Assembly (NCBI GenBank): GCA_965215885.1
Contig: CBDCEW010000101.1
Coordinates: forward strand, 64,001 to 128,000
DNA from: Candidatus Moanibacter sp.
GTDB lineage: Bacteria; Verrucomicrobiota; Verrucomicrobiia; Opitutales; UBA2987
Direction: 5' to 3'
Length of the DNA stretch: 64,000 nt
The position numbers and the translations under genes are program-made. Below the pieces are notes generated by a model. The model had not been told where the DNA came from, did no database searches, and was given only the letters and a program-made list of their open reading frames with translations. Below are positions 10,271 to 19,685 of this stretch, piece after piece (the stretch's first letter is position 1; every line of letters begins with the position of its first letter).

Positions 10271-10588
10271 ATGATGATTAGAAAAGCATTCATGATGGAA
10301 GTGAACCTCGAAAAGCACGAGGAGTACCGTGAGAGACACAATCCGATCTGGCCGGAACTCGAGGCGACCCTCAAAGAGCATGGTGTGCACAACTACTCGA
10401 TCTACCTTCATCCGGAGACAAGCCAGCTCTTTGCATATGTCGAAATTGAGGATGAAGCGCGCTGGCAGAGCATCGCGGAGACCGACGTCTGTAAGAGATG
10501 GTGGGCTTACATGCGCGACGTTATGCCCTCCAACCCCGACAGTAGCCCCTGTTCCGTAGACCTGCGAGAAGTCTTCCATTTCGACTGA
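10271..10588 (+). CDS. rhaM: L-rhamnose mutarotase
   Basis: [31 protein letters not shown]. Confidence 0.92.
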   Translation: MMIRKAFMMEVNLEKHEEYRERHNPIWPELEATLKEHGVHNYSIYLHPETSQLFAYVEIEDEARWQSIAETDVCKRWWAYMRDVMPSNPDSSPCSVDLREVFHFD

Positions 10589-10728
10589 GAAACAGGCGAG
10601 ATTTTACAGGAGAAAACGGAGGGAGCAGAGAGTAAACTTTCCAGTGAATCTCGACAATCCACAAGGGGCGAATGGTGGGGATTCAGGTATGGTGCTATCA
10701 TTCCTGAAATCGAAGGCGGAGGCCGGGG

Positions 10729-10863
10729 GTATTGCTGCACACTTTCACCTGCAATCTCGGGTCAGATCTCTATTGCGATCATGTCCACTTCCCTGAGCAC
10801 GTCCGGGAGAAGCAGGCGGCGTTCATTGCCGGTTGGTTGAAGGGATTTAAGGAAGCCAATTGA
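10729..10863 (+). pseudogene. Orphan C-terminal fragment, possibly of an SGNH hydrolase
   Basis: Translates LHTFTCNLGSDLYCDHVHFPEHVREKQAAFIAGWL; DxxH motif; no start codon. Confidence 0.3.
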
Positions 10864-10924
10864 TGGATGTTGCTATGATTCAATTACGGGATTATTAGTA
10901 GCGAACTGCCGGGCCGCCCCGCTT

Positions 10925-11028
10925 TCATTGCGAGACCCGCGTAGCGTGCCGTGGCAATCCAGATCGGGGTGGAAATGTCCTCCTGCACTTCTGGATCGCC
11001 GCGCCTCCCTTCGGGCGGCTCGCGATGA
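10925..11028. repeat. Nested palindromic element
   Basis: Outer arms TCATTGCGAG/CTCGCGATGA; inner arms CGTGGCAATCCAGA/TCTGGATCGCCGCG. Confidence 0.7.
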
Positions 11029-11054
11029 CAGTGTGCTACTATCGAAGTGCGGTA

Positions 11055-12362
11055 CTAATAGATACCACAGACTGCGCCGGCATCTTTCAGGATTTCGACG
11101 GTGGCGTTGTGGTTTGCTTGCATGGCGTAATCGAGGGGAGTGAGTCCGTCGTCGTCAACCGCGTTCAGATCGCCTGGCGCTAAAGCCATGACCCGGTTGA
11201 AGACCTCAGCATACTCCCCTTGGAATGGAGCCGCCGCCAGATGCAATATGGTTGCTCCATGTGTATTTCGCTTGGAAAGGGAAGCCCCTTTGTCGATAAG
11301 CCACTCCATCGTTTCGGCATGTCCTTCCAGAACGGCAAAATGAAAAGGCGTGCAGCCATCTTCTTTGAATTTTTGCGAATTCGATCGACCGCTGAAGTTA
11401 CCCTTAACATCGGTTGCCGCGACGCGATACGCGGCGATTTCCGCCGGTTCAGCGGAAGAGCTGGCCAGATCGATATCTACGCCTGCATCCAGGTTTCGTT
11501 GAATGAGCGGAATGCGGCTTTGAATCGCCGCCCAGTGGATGGCGTTATTGCCAAGAGTCGAGGTGGCTGAAAGATCGGCTCCCGCTTCCAGGAGAATGTC
11601 GAAAATCTCGATTCGTCCCCAGATTCCGGCCATGAGAAGCGGGGTCCATCGATAAAGACCCTTCTCGACAAAATACTCGTCCCAGACGAACCAGTGAGCC
11701 TTTCTAAGCGGGCGGTTTGGATCTTCGCCGCGATTCAAAAGATGGCCTACGACCTCAGGTCGATTCGTCAGGATCGGGTACTGGATGGGAAACACGTCGT
11801 GAACGGTCTGGTTGAGCGCTTGAGGATACTTATCCAGATAAGCATCAATCGCCGCGAGGTCACCGAGTCCGCAAGCAGACCAAAGGTCCATTTCCGCTCC
11901 GTTTTCCAGTAGCAGCTCAACGTTGGGCGTGAACTTCCTTGATCGGGAACGGAAGGTCGCCAGTTGAAGGACCGAGCGACCGAATTCATCCTTCGCTTCG
12001 ATCAGTTGTTCCCTTTCTTGAGGGTTGTTTTCGAATAGTTCGCGGACCGTTTCGACGCCACCTCCATTGATCGCCTGAACAAATCGTTCTGTGAGGCTCT
12101 TGGAGCCCGCCAACCCCTCCATGTGCCGCTTCAACTTCGTCCAGCTTTCAAAGCCGTATTCTTGAGCGACGACGAACTGGGCGTTCGAAAGGCTGAGAGG
12201 CCGGTTGTGGATGGCTTCGTCGCCGAGGGTTGCCAGCGAACGATCAGAATTTCTGATTCGTTTTGCGGCTTCGCTCGATCTCTGCGAGTGTTGGCGTCGA
12301 AGCGATTTCGCCTGTTTCCTGAAGTTCTCGAAACTGGCGTTTTCGGGTACTGATATAGTCAT
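11055..12362 (-). CDS. Ankyrin repeat protein with an N-terminal E..RKQAK...AQ.V.A.EYGF.SW domain
   Basis: Several TPL/TPF/TILH ankyrin repeats. Confidence 0.9.
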   Translation of the reverse strand: MTISVPENASFENFRKQAKSLRRQHSQRSSEAAKRIRNSDRSLATLGDEAIHNRPLSLSNAQFVVAQEYGFESWTKLKRHMEGLAGSKSLTERFVQAINGGGVETVRELFENNPQEREQLIEAKDEFGRSVLQLATFRSRSRKFTPNVELLLENGAEMDLWSACGLGDLAAIDAYLDKYPQALNQTVHDVFPIQYPILTNRPEVVGHLLNRGEDPNRPLRKAHWFVWDEYFVEKGLYRWTPLLMAGIWGRIEIFDILLEAGADLSATSTLGNNAIHWAAIQSRIPLIQRNLDAGVDIDLASSSAEPAEIAAYRVAATDVKGNFSGRSNSQKFKEDGCTPFHFAVLEGHAETMEWLIDKGASLSKRNTHGATILHLAAAPFQGEYAEVFNRVMALAPGDLNAVDDDGLTPLDYAMQANHNATVEILKDAGAVCGIY

Positions 12363-12486
12363 GCAAACCTACTTTCAATTAAGCGCCTGTTGTCTGCATA
12401 ACCGGCTGAAAGAAGGTGAATCAGTATATGTCAAAGACAGGCTTAGCCATTTCCGCAGACTGGAGGTTGTCTTCAGCAACCGTCAT
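12363..12486 (-). ncRNA. Candidate structured 5' leader RNA with a pseudoknot
   Basis: Four complementary segment pairs, one crossing the others, one covering the RBS. Confidence 0.45.
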
Positions 12487-12665
12487 TAAAGTTTGCGAAT
12501 TTTCCGAATTGGTCAATGATTTTGAACTCCATGTTTGAGCGAGATCTCCTTAGGATATGATCAGTTGATACCGATCATTGAGGCCGAGAATGTAGCGTCT
12601 ATCCGAGTAACAGAATTCAACGAAGTATCGGGAGTCAGAAGAGACTAAATTGGCCGGACGATTGT

Positions 12666-12738
12666 CGAAACGCTCCCGCCCCGCTCAGCGGGCCTACGAG
12701 TCTCGGATATTTTCGTAGCGGAATGCGGAAGCATTTCG
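12666..12738. repeat. GTAG-type REP doublet with an inserted mini-hairpin
   Basis: CGTAGCGGAATGCGGAAGCATTTCG plus an inverted partner containing CCCGCTCAGCGGG. Confidence 0.55.
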
Positions 12739-12834
12739 TTCTCCTGGAGGAAATACCGTAGACCATTAGAGTGAGCAGATCTCGGCTTGAAATGTTCGCT
12801 TGTCAGTCGGAACGAATAGGGATAAATTCTATCT

Positions 12835-13053
12835 ATGCGTGGAGAATTTACTGTATTGATTGAGGCAGCTGAGGAAGGTGGCTTCTGGGCCACTTGCCCG
12901 GAGGTACCCGGAGCCAATGGTCAAGGCGAAACGGTTGAGAAGACAAAAGCCAACCTTGCAGAGGCCATTCGCCTGGTGATGCGAGATCGCGTAGAGGATG
13001 CCACTCGTGGATTGCCTGATGGCGCGATCAAGGATATCGTTACCGTTGAATGA
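12835..13053 (+). CDS. hicB: HicB-family antitoxin
   Basis: EEGGFWATCPEVPGANGQGET. Confidence 0.88.
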   Translation: MRGEFTVLIEAAEEGGFWATCPEVPGANGQGETVEKTKANLAEAIRLVMRDRVEDATRGLPDGAIKDIVTVE

Positions 13054-13238
13054 AGCGGTTTAGGCTGCTAAAGCATCTCAGGCGTAGCGGATGTTACTTA
13101 AAGAGAGAGGGTTCTTCTCATTCGTTGTGGATCAATCCTGAAAATGGGGTGACAGAGGCCGTGCCTCGGCACACCGAGGTCAAAGAAGGTTTAGCTCGGA
13201 AGATCTGTCACAGGCTGCAGATTCCGGACCCGAACTAG
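13050..13238 (+). CDS. hicA: HicA-family toxin
   Basis: REGSSHSLW..VPRH.E; overlaps hicB. Confidence 0.88.
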   Translation: MKRFRLLKHLRRSGCYLKREGSSHSLWINPENGVTEAVPRHTEVKEGLARKICHRLQIPDPN

Positions 13239-13288
13239 AGCAGAATGGGAGGAAGTAATGACCAATGTGTATTAGGTAAAGGGTAGAA

Positions 13289-14299
13289 GTGACAGACCGA
13301 ATACGCATGATCGTCGTTGGAGCGGGCCGCGGGCGCGCTCACTTGAAGAGTTTTCTGGCTTTGCCGGAGGCATTTGAGGTCGCCGGTTTGGTAGACCTGG
13401 ATGAGGAGCGATTGGAGAATGCGCTTGGGGAACACGAGCTCTCGCCGGATTTCGGATATACCTCCTACGACGAAGCGCTTTCGGAATCCGGCTGCGATGG
13501 AGTGATGGTGGCGACCTGGGCGCGCTCCCACGCTCCCCTGATCGAACAGGCAATGGATGCCGGGAAGCATGTTTTGGTGGAAAAGCCGTTTACGATCGAG
13601 TTGGCGGATGCGTTCCGCCTGCTCGAGATGGCGGAGGCGAAGGGGTTGAAGATTGTCGTCATTCAGCAGTGGCGCTTTCTTCCCGGTCAACGCACGGTAC
13701 GCCGGCTCATGAGTTCACTCAAGTACGGACAGCCGCAGGAGGGGCACCTGCTCTGCTACAAGGCGCGTGGAGGGGAGTATCCGGATTCGCCGCACTCTCA
13801 ACTTTGGCAGATGACGGTGCACGAGATCGACTCTCTCATTTCGATGATGAATCAGCCGGTGGTCGAAGTTTACGGACATTCCTTTCGCCCGCCGGAAACG
13901 ACGTGGAAGCGCGAATCGACTGCGACCGCGGAATTGAGATTCCGTAACGGATGCCGGGTGGTGATGGTCTCGACCTCGGACGCCCGCGTCGGCTCCTGCG
14001 AGTTTCGGGTCGAGTGCGAGCGCGCGGCCCTGGTTTACCGGGTTACAGCTCCCTTCGGTGGAACGGAATCGATATACTTGGGCGAAAGTCGTGAATCCGG
14101 CCTGCAGCCGCTGGCCATCGACGAGGGGCCCAGGGAGTCGCCGTTTCTCGATCGCCGCATAGCGGCCGGGTTTGCGGACTGGGTGCAGGGCGGTCCCGAA
14201 CCAGAGACGAGCGGCCGCAATAATCTGCAGGTACTGGGCGTCCTAGACGCACTCATGCAATCGGGAGAGAGCGGGAAGGCGATCGAGGTAGAGGTCTAG
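13289..14299 (+). CDS. Gfo/Idh/MocA oxidoreductase
   Basis: VVGAG.G, GKHVLVEKP. Confidence 0.88.
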   Translation: MTDRIRMIVVGAGRGRAHLKSFLALPEAFEVAGLVDLDEERLENALGEHELSPDFGYTSYDEALSESGCDGVMVATWARSHAPLIEQAMDAGKHVLVEKPFTIELADAFRLLEMAEAKGLKIVVIQQWRFLPGQRTVRRLMSSLKYGQPQEGHLLCYKARGGEYPDSPHSQLWQMTVHEIDSLISMMNQPVVEVYGHSFRPPETTWKRESTATAELRFRNGCRVVMVSTSDARVGSCEFRVECERAALVYRVTAPFGGTESIYLGESRESGLQPLAIDEGPRESPFLDRRIAAGFADWVQGGPEPETSGRNNLQVLGVLDALMQSGESGKAIEVEV

Positions 14300-14481
14300 C
14301 CCGAACCTTTCACAAACCATCTGCTGCGACCACGGATGTCACTGCGCCTCAAGGCCTTCTCTTGTCCGGCGACCTCAGAGAGTTCCAACACACTGTCGCC
14401 CGCCGGACTGCGAAAAGACCTTGATCCGCAGTCCCGGCACGCCGGGATCTCGCTACGATGTGTGTGAAATGTCCGGTCTAG
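14296..14481. mobile_element. MITE family 1, copy A (CTAG ends)
   Basis: About 25-bp imperfect TIR CTAGCCCG(A/G)AC.TTTCACA; homologous to 18316-18497. Confidence 0.8.
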
Positions 14482-14500
14482 TGTCGTGACACTGTTCTTG

Positions 14501-14774
14501 GGGTTTCAGGTGTCACTGGGAAGGTTTCAGGGGGCAGTGTTCAGGAGCTTCACACTTAAGTCCCCAAACAGACACGTGAAACCAAGAACCTCGAACCATG
14601 TTCAGTTTTCAACATCCAACGCCCAACATCCAATGTCCAAGTGGGGACCTCCGGTAGGACACTTTGTCGTAAGCTTTGTCGCGAACTTTGTCGAATTCGA
14701 TTCAACCAATCTCCTGATTCTCGGAGCATTAGGTCCTTCGTCGTCATATACACTAACACCCGAAACCTGACACC
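14501..14774. repeat. Nested short-period (7- and 12-bp) repeat arms
   Basis: GTTTCAGGTGTCA.. versus ..CCGAAACCTGACACC; CAACATC/CAACGCC 7-mers; CTTTGTCGNNAR x3 at 14662-14695. Confidence 0.6.
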
Positions 14775-14862
14775 ATTAACCGGCCACAGGCAGCGAACCA
14801 CCAGGCACCGGCCTCAAGCTTTGCGCTCGCGAAGTGCCGACAGAGCAATATCAGTTTCTCTA

Positions 14863-17616
14863 ATGGAGTTGGATTTACCTGTACCCGGGCAGCGCTGGGT
14901 GAGTGATTCCGAACCTGAACTCGGGCTCGGTATAATTGTATCGTCGGATTCAGGTCGGGTGGGGATTCTCTTCTCGGCGGCGCGGGAGCGTCGCCAATAT
15001 GCGTTGGAATCGGCTCCTCTACGCCGGGTGCACTTCAAAATTGGGGACAGGATCCGCACTCGCGGCGGTAAGGAGTTGCATGTCGAAGGCGTCGAGGAGA
15101 AGAATGGATTGCTGGCATACGAGGCGGATGGGTCAAAGGTGCCGGAAGCGGAACTGGCTGATTCCATCAGTTTCAGTAAGCCGGAGGAAAGATTCCTCGG
15201 TGGACAGATCGATGATCCGGAACTCTTCGATCTTCGGGTGGAGGCCTTGCAATGGCGAAGCCGGATACGAAAATCGCCCGTTCGAGGGTTTATCGGAGGG
15301 CGGGTGGACCTGATTCCGCATCAGCTATACATCAGCAGCGAAGTCGCCTCGCGACTGAATCCCCGTGTGCTTCTGGCGGATGAGGTAGGCCTTGGCAAGA
15401 CGATTGAAGCATGCCTGATCCTGCACCGGTTGTACCTGACCGGGCGAGCGGAACGAATCCTCATCCTTGTTCCGGAGTCGCTCATCCACCAATGGTTTGT
15501 GGAACTTTTGAGGCGCTTCAACCTGCTCTTTAATCTCTTCGACGAGGAACGCTGCGAGTCGATCCAGGGTGAGGATGCGCAGACAAACCCGTTTCTCGAT
15601 AGCCAATTGATTCTCTGCAGCATCGAATTCCTTGTAGCGGACCCGCGAAGATCGCGTGAAGTGACGAAAGCGGGTTGGGATCTGCTTGTGATCGATGAAG
15701 CGCATCACCTCATGTGGTCACCCGCGGAAGCGAGCGCGGAATATCTGCTGGCAGATGAATTGGCCTCCCGGACACCTTCCCTTCTTCTCTTGACGGCGAC
15801 ACCGCAACAGCTGGGAATGGAGGGTCATTTTGCTCGCCTGAGATTATTGGATCCTGATCGTTATTCGAACTTCGAAGCATTTATCGCCGAATCCAGGCAA
15901 TACATCGAAGTTGCTACGGCAGTGGATCGATTGATCGATGGCGCGCCGCTGGACAGCGCGGACCGGGATTTGTTCGCGGCGAGATCGCCGAGAATACATC
16001 GTGATTACGATGCCTTGATGGCTGGTGACGAATCGGCTCGAATACGGTTGATCGGGGAACTCCTCGACGCTTTTGGAACGGGACGTGTCATGTTTCGCAA
16101 CACGCGCACGGCCCTTACCGGGTTTCCGATTCGTCATGTGCACCTCTACCCGATCGAGCGCAGTGAATCGGCGGATTCCGATGCGAGTGTTGAAGCGTAT
16201 GGCAGGTGGCTTGCAAATCTCCTTAATGATCTGGGAGAAGAGAAGGTTCTTCTCATCTGCAAGACACCGGGTCTCGTGCGCGAGATCGAGGCGAGGCTGG
16301 AACGGGAGATCTCCGTTAACTGCGGTCAGTTTCATGAAGAAATGAACCTGATGCAGCGCGACCGCACGGCTGCCTGGTTCGCTGAGGAAGAGGGGGCACG
16401 CATCCTTCTCTGTTCGGAGATCGGCAGTGAGGGTCGGAATTTCCAGTTTGTGCACCATCTCGTATGCTTCGATCTGCCGGATGATCCGGAGCTGCTGGAG
16501 CAGCGAATCGGCCGTCTCGACCGCATCGGTCAGAACGAAGCCATTCACATTCACATTCCCTACGTTCCCGGTGGCGCCTCGGAAGTCATGGCTCGTTGGT
16601 ATCATGAGGGCCTGAATGCCTTCGAAGAGAACCTCCATGGGGCCACAGAGATCGCGTTGAATCTGAAAGCGGATTTGGATGGGTTGCGGCAAACGTTCGA
16701 TACCGTGGCGCTTGATCGGTTCGTGGCGCGGACCGCGAAACGGAAGAGCCATATAACGCGGAGACTCGAGCGGGGACACGATCGACTACTGGAATTGAAC
16801 TCTTCCAACCCGGAACGGGCGGAGGAAGTCATCAAGCGCATCCGTGCGAGTGACGCCGACAGCGAATTCGAAGATTTCATCCTGAATCTGATCGATCACT
16901 TCGGGCTTCGCCGGGAGGAGCATAGTGAGCGCACCTTTGTCCTTAAACACGGCGATCTCGTTACCGAAGATTTGCCCGGTTTGCCTGAGGAGGGTATGAC
17001 GCTGACTCTGGATCGAATAAGAGCTCTGAGCCGCGAGGATATTCATTTTCTGAGTGGAGACCATCCGCTCGTTCGCGGTGCACTCGACATCCTGCTCAGT
17101 TCAGAGTCGGGAAATACTGCCTATTGTATCTGGCCGCAGTCCGACGAAGAGGGTTTGGTTCTGGAGTTGCTCTCCGTGGCGGAATGTGTGGCACCGCCGG
17201 TTCTGCATGTTGACCGGTTCCTTCCTGCAACGGCCATTCGGACCGTAGTCGACCACGATCTCAATGATCTCAGCGATGACGCCGAGCTGCTATCCGCCCC
17301 GCTGCAAAGAGGAGATCCTGATCCCCTGATTTCGCGGAACTCATTCAGACGAAATGTTCTTCCCAGGATGCTCAGATCGGCGTTTGGCTTGGCTGAAAAA
17401 CGGATGCATGCTCTTGTAGCGGAGGCGAGGAGCTGCGGAGAGAATCACTACCAGAACGAAATCGATCGTCTTGTCGATCTCAAGGAGGTCAATGACCATG
17501 TGCGCCAAGAAGAGATTCAAGCGCTGATAGACGAGAAAGTCGCCCTGGCAGGCGTATTGGATTCCACCCATCTGCGCTCCGATGCCCTCCGGGTTATCTG
17601 GAAGATTGAGGCTTGA
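14863..17616 (+). CDS. rapA: RNA polymerase-associated SNF2 ATPase RapA
   Basis: GQRWVSDSEPELGLG, LADEVGLGKT, DEAHH, SEIGSEGRNFQF, EQRIGRLDRIGQ. Confidence 0.95.
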   Translation: MELDLPVPGQRWVSDSEPELGLGIIVSSDSGRVGILFSAARERRQYALESAPLRRVHFKIGDRIRTRGGKELHVEGVEEKNGLLAYEADGSKVPEAELADSISFSKPEERFLGGQIDDPELFDLRVEALQWRSRIRKSPVRGFIGGRVDLIPHQLYISSEVASRLNPRVLLADEVGLGKTIEACLILHRLYLTGRAERILILVPESLIHQWFVELLRRFNLLFNLFDEERCESIQGEDAQTNPFLDSQLILCSIEFLVADPRRSREVTKAGWDLLVIDEAHHLMWSPAEASAEYLLADELASRTPSLLLLTATPQQLGMEGHFARLRLLDPDRYSNFEAFIAESRQYIEVATAVDRLIDGAPLDSADRDLFAARSPRIHRDYDALMAGDESARIRLIGELLDAFGTGRVMFRNTRTALTGFPIRHVHLYPIERSESADSDASVEAYGRWLANLLNDLGEEKVLLICKTPGLVREIEARLEREISVNCGQFHEEMNLMQRDRTAAWFAEEEGARILLCSEIGSEGRNFQFVHHLVCFDLPDDPELLEQRIGRLDRIGQNEAIHIHIPYVPGGASEVMARWYHEGLNAFEENLHGATEIALNLKADLDGLRQTFDTVALDRFVARTAKRKSHITRRLERGHDRLLELNSSNPERAEEVIKRIRASDADSEFEDFILNLIDHFGLRREEHSERTFVLKHGDLVTEDLPGLPEEGMTLTLDRIRALSREDIHFLSGDHPLVRGALDILLSSESGNTAYCIWPQSDEEGLVLELLSVAECVAPPVLHVDRFLPATAIRTVVDHDLNDLSDDAELLSAPLQRGDPDPLISRNSFRRNVLPRMLRSAFGLAEKRMHALVAEARSCGENHYQNEIDRLVDLKEVNDHVRQEEIQALIDEKVALAGVLDSTHLRSDALRVIWKIEA

Positions 17617-18296
17617 AACCGTATCGACATCTCGCGGAAACGTTAACACCGGATTGCGCCACGCTCGCACTCTACGAGCACGACGGGACCTACTGCATCC
17701 GTCTGAACGGGCGGGAGCTCATGGATTCGGCCGCCCCCGCTTCCGAACTCATGCTTGGGGAACTGGGCACGAGCCGGCTTCTGAGCCGGGCGGATCCTTG
17801 TATTCTGATAGGCGGACTCGGTCTTGGTTTTACTTTGAAAAGTGTGCTCGAGAGGGTGGGGCCGCAGGCGAATGTGCTCGTGGTCGAATTGGTCCCTGAA
17901 ATAGTCGAGTGGAATCGGCGGTACCTTTCCGGACTAAATGCAAAGTGTCTGGATGATTGTCGGGTCGAAATACTGACGGCGGATGTGTGCGACGTCATTG
18001 TGAAGAGCGGACGGGACCGTTTTGACGCGATTCTGCTTGATGTTGATAATGGCCCGGCCGACAAGGCGCAGAGAAGCAGTGCTCGTCTCTATTACGAGAG
18101 GGGTATCCGGTCGATGGCACGGGCGTTAAAACCGGGCGGGCGCGTCGCCGTTTGGTCCGCCCGCCAAGACGCTGGGTTCATGAAACGCCTTAACAGGGCG
18201 GGTTTCCGTGTCGAAAGTGTTCCGGCGAAGCCCTATGCACAGGCAAAGCGTCCATCTTATACGATCTACGTGGCCGATCAGGGTAGATCCTCCTGA
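17613..18296 (+). CDS. Spermidine-synthase-like SAM-dependent methyltransferase
   Basis: LIGGLGLGFT, VELVPE, LLDVDNGP. Confidence 0.85.
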   Translation: MKPYRHLAETLTPDCATLALYEHDGTYCIRLNGRELMDSAAPASELMLGELGTSRLLSRADPCILIGGLGLGFTLKSVLERVGPQANVLVVELVPEIVEWNRRYLSGLNAKCLDDCRVEILTADVCDVIVKSGRDRFDAILLDVDNGPADKAQRSSARLYYERGIRSMARALKPGGRVAVWSARQDAGFMKRLNRAGFRVESVPAKPYAQAKRPSYTIYVADQGRSS

Positions 18297-18315
18297 TCTG
18301 TGAAGATCGATGCCC

Positions 18316-18497
18316 CTAGCCCGGACATTTCACAAACCATCTGCTGCGACCGCGGATCTCACTGCGTCTCAAAGCCTTCTCTTGTCCCGCGACCTCAGAA
18401 GGTTCTAACACGCTGTCGCCCGCCGGACTGCGATAGGGCATTGATTCACAGCAAGCTACGCGATCTCGCTACGATGTGTGTGAAATGTCCGGGCTAG
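18316..18497. mobile_element. MITE family 1, copy B
   Basis: CTAGCCCGGACATTTCACA...TGTGAAATGTCCGGGCTAG, perfect 19-bp TIR. Confidence 0.85.
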
Positions 18498-18542
18498 CTC
18501 ATCGCTTGACTTGTCGAGTAGTTAGGAGAATCCTCTGCCACT

Positions 18543-19334
18543 ATGGCTGAAGATAGTGATATGGGAAAAGGAAACGATCAAGTTGAAGGGGGTGGTTGGG
18601 GCGCAGTGCCGCAGGCCAAGAAAGAGGGCCGGGGACCAAAGATCTGGCTGGCAGGTGACCCTGAGGACCTGAAGGAATGGATGCCTCTCGGTATTGAGGG
18701 TATCGTCACTAACACAGTCGTGCTCAACCAGATGGTGCAGAAGTATGGCCAATTGATTGGCGTTGTGCAGCGTTACCTGGACATCACCGACAGACCTCTG
18801 GTGGTCGAGATCGACGGGCATACCGTGCCGGAGTTGCTCGAAGTGGGTCGTTGCTTCACCCGAATGTCGGATCAGGTTATCCTGAAGGTCCCCTGCGGCG
18901 TGAACGGATTGAGAGCCTTCGCCGCATTGAAGGATGAAGGTGTCGAAACCTTCTGCACAACGGTGTTCTCATTACCCCAGGCGGCCGCCGTAGCTCAGGC
19001 CGGAGTCGATCACATTTTGCCGTTTTGCGAACCTGTGAAGGAATTTGGCGGTGATCCCACTAAACTCATTCGCGAGTGCGCAAAGATGTTCAGCGGTTGG
19101 GAACAGCGCCCTTTTATTATGGCGGCGTTGGTGCGGTCGGTGGAGGTCGCCTACGCCGCCTTCCGGGATGGCGCCGACGAATTGGTGACCATGTGGACGG
19201 TCTACCGGGATATGATGGAGCATCCGCTCACCGACATCTGGAACAAGACATTCATGGACGAATGGCTTGCGATGCACGATGCCGGCCTCCTCGATGGGGT
19301 TCCGACGCGGTTAGGGGAAAAGGAAGGGAAATAA
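18543..19334 (+). CDS. Transaldolase / fructose-6-phosphate aldolase family protein
   Basis: GIVTN, ILKVP (Schiff-base Lys), TTVFSLPQA..AQAG. Confidence 0.8.
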   Translation: MAEDSDMGKGNDQVEGGGWGAVPQAKKEGRGPKIWLAGDPEDLKEWMPLGIEGIVTNTVVLNQMVQKYGQLIGVVQRYLDITDRPLVVEIDGHTVPELLEVGRCFTRMSDQVILKVPCGVNGLRAFAALKDEGVETFCTTVFSLPQAAAVAQAGVDHILPFCEPVKEFGGDPTKLIRECAKMFSGWEQRPFIMAALVRSVEVAYAAFRDGADELVTMWTVYRDMMEHPLTDIWNKTFMDEWLAMHDAGLLDGVPTRLGEKEGK

Positions 19335-19554
19335 CGCCCTCCTTCGCCAAGGCTTGTTTTCTTAAGAAGAAATTTCCCACTCGGAAATATAACCCGTTGA
19401 TGTTCAAGAAATATGGTTCTGTTCCTCCGTAGAGAAAGGCTCGCTAAGAAAACCTCATTGGAACATCCCGCTAAGCGGGACCGTACGGCAGACTCTACGA
19501 GATTGAAATATGAATAAGGAACGCAGGAAAGCCGGAATTGCACGTTGAATCAAC

Positions 19555-19660
19555 CCGCGGTTTTCTCAAATCCGTGGTCCCTTCCTCTTTATTCGCGTTC
19601 ATTCGCGGTTCTCTTACTCTCCTGTGGTTGCGGCTGTGCTGCGCTAGGGCGCTCTGTGGC
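19555..19660. repeat. 10-bp-period repeat module family (also 25692-25806, 27243-27498, 57100-57197)
   Basis: Shared CCGCGGTTTTCTC.AATCCGTGG, ATTCGCGTTC 10-mers and TGGTTGCGGCT..GC.GCGC. Confidence 0.75.
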
Positions 19661-19685
19661 TCTCAGTGGTGCTCTGAGACCCCTA

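Noticed and set aside
14641..14862. Long N-terminal extensions of RapA (also the sulfatase, PhyH and AAA ORFs)
   Set aside because: They translate repeat or intergenic DNA; family similarity begins at the downstream ATGs
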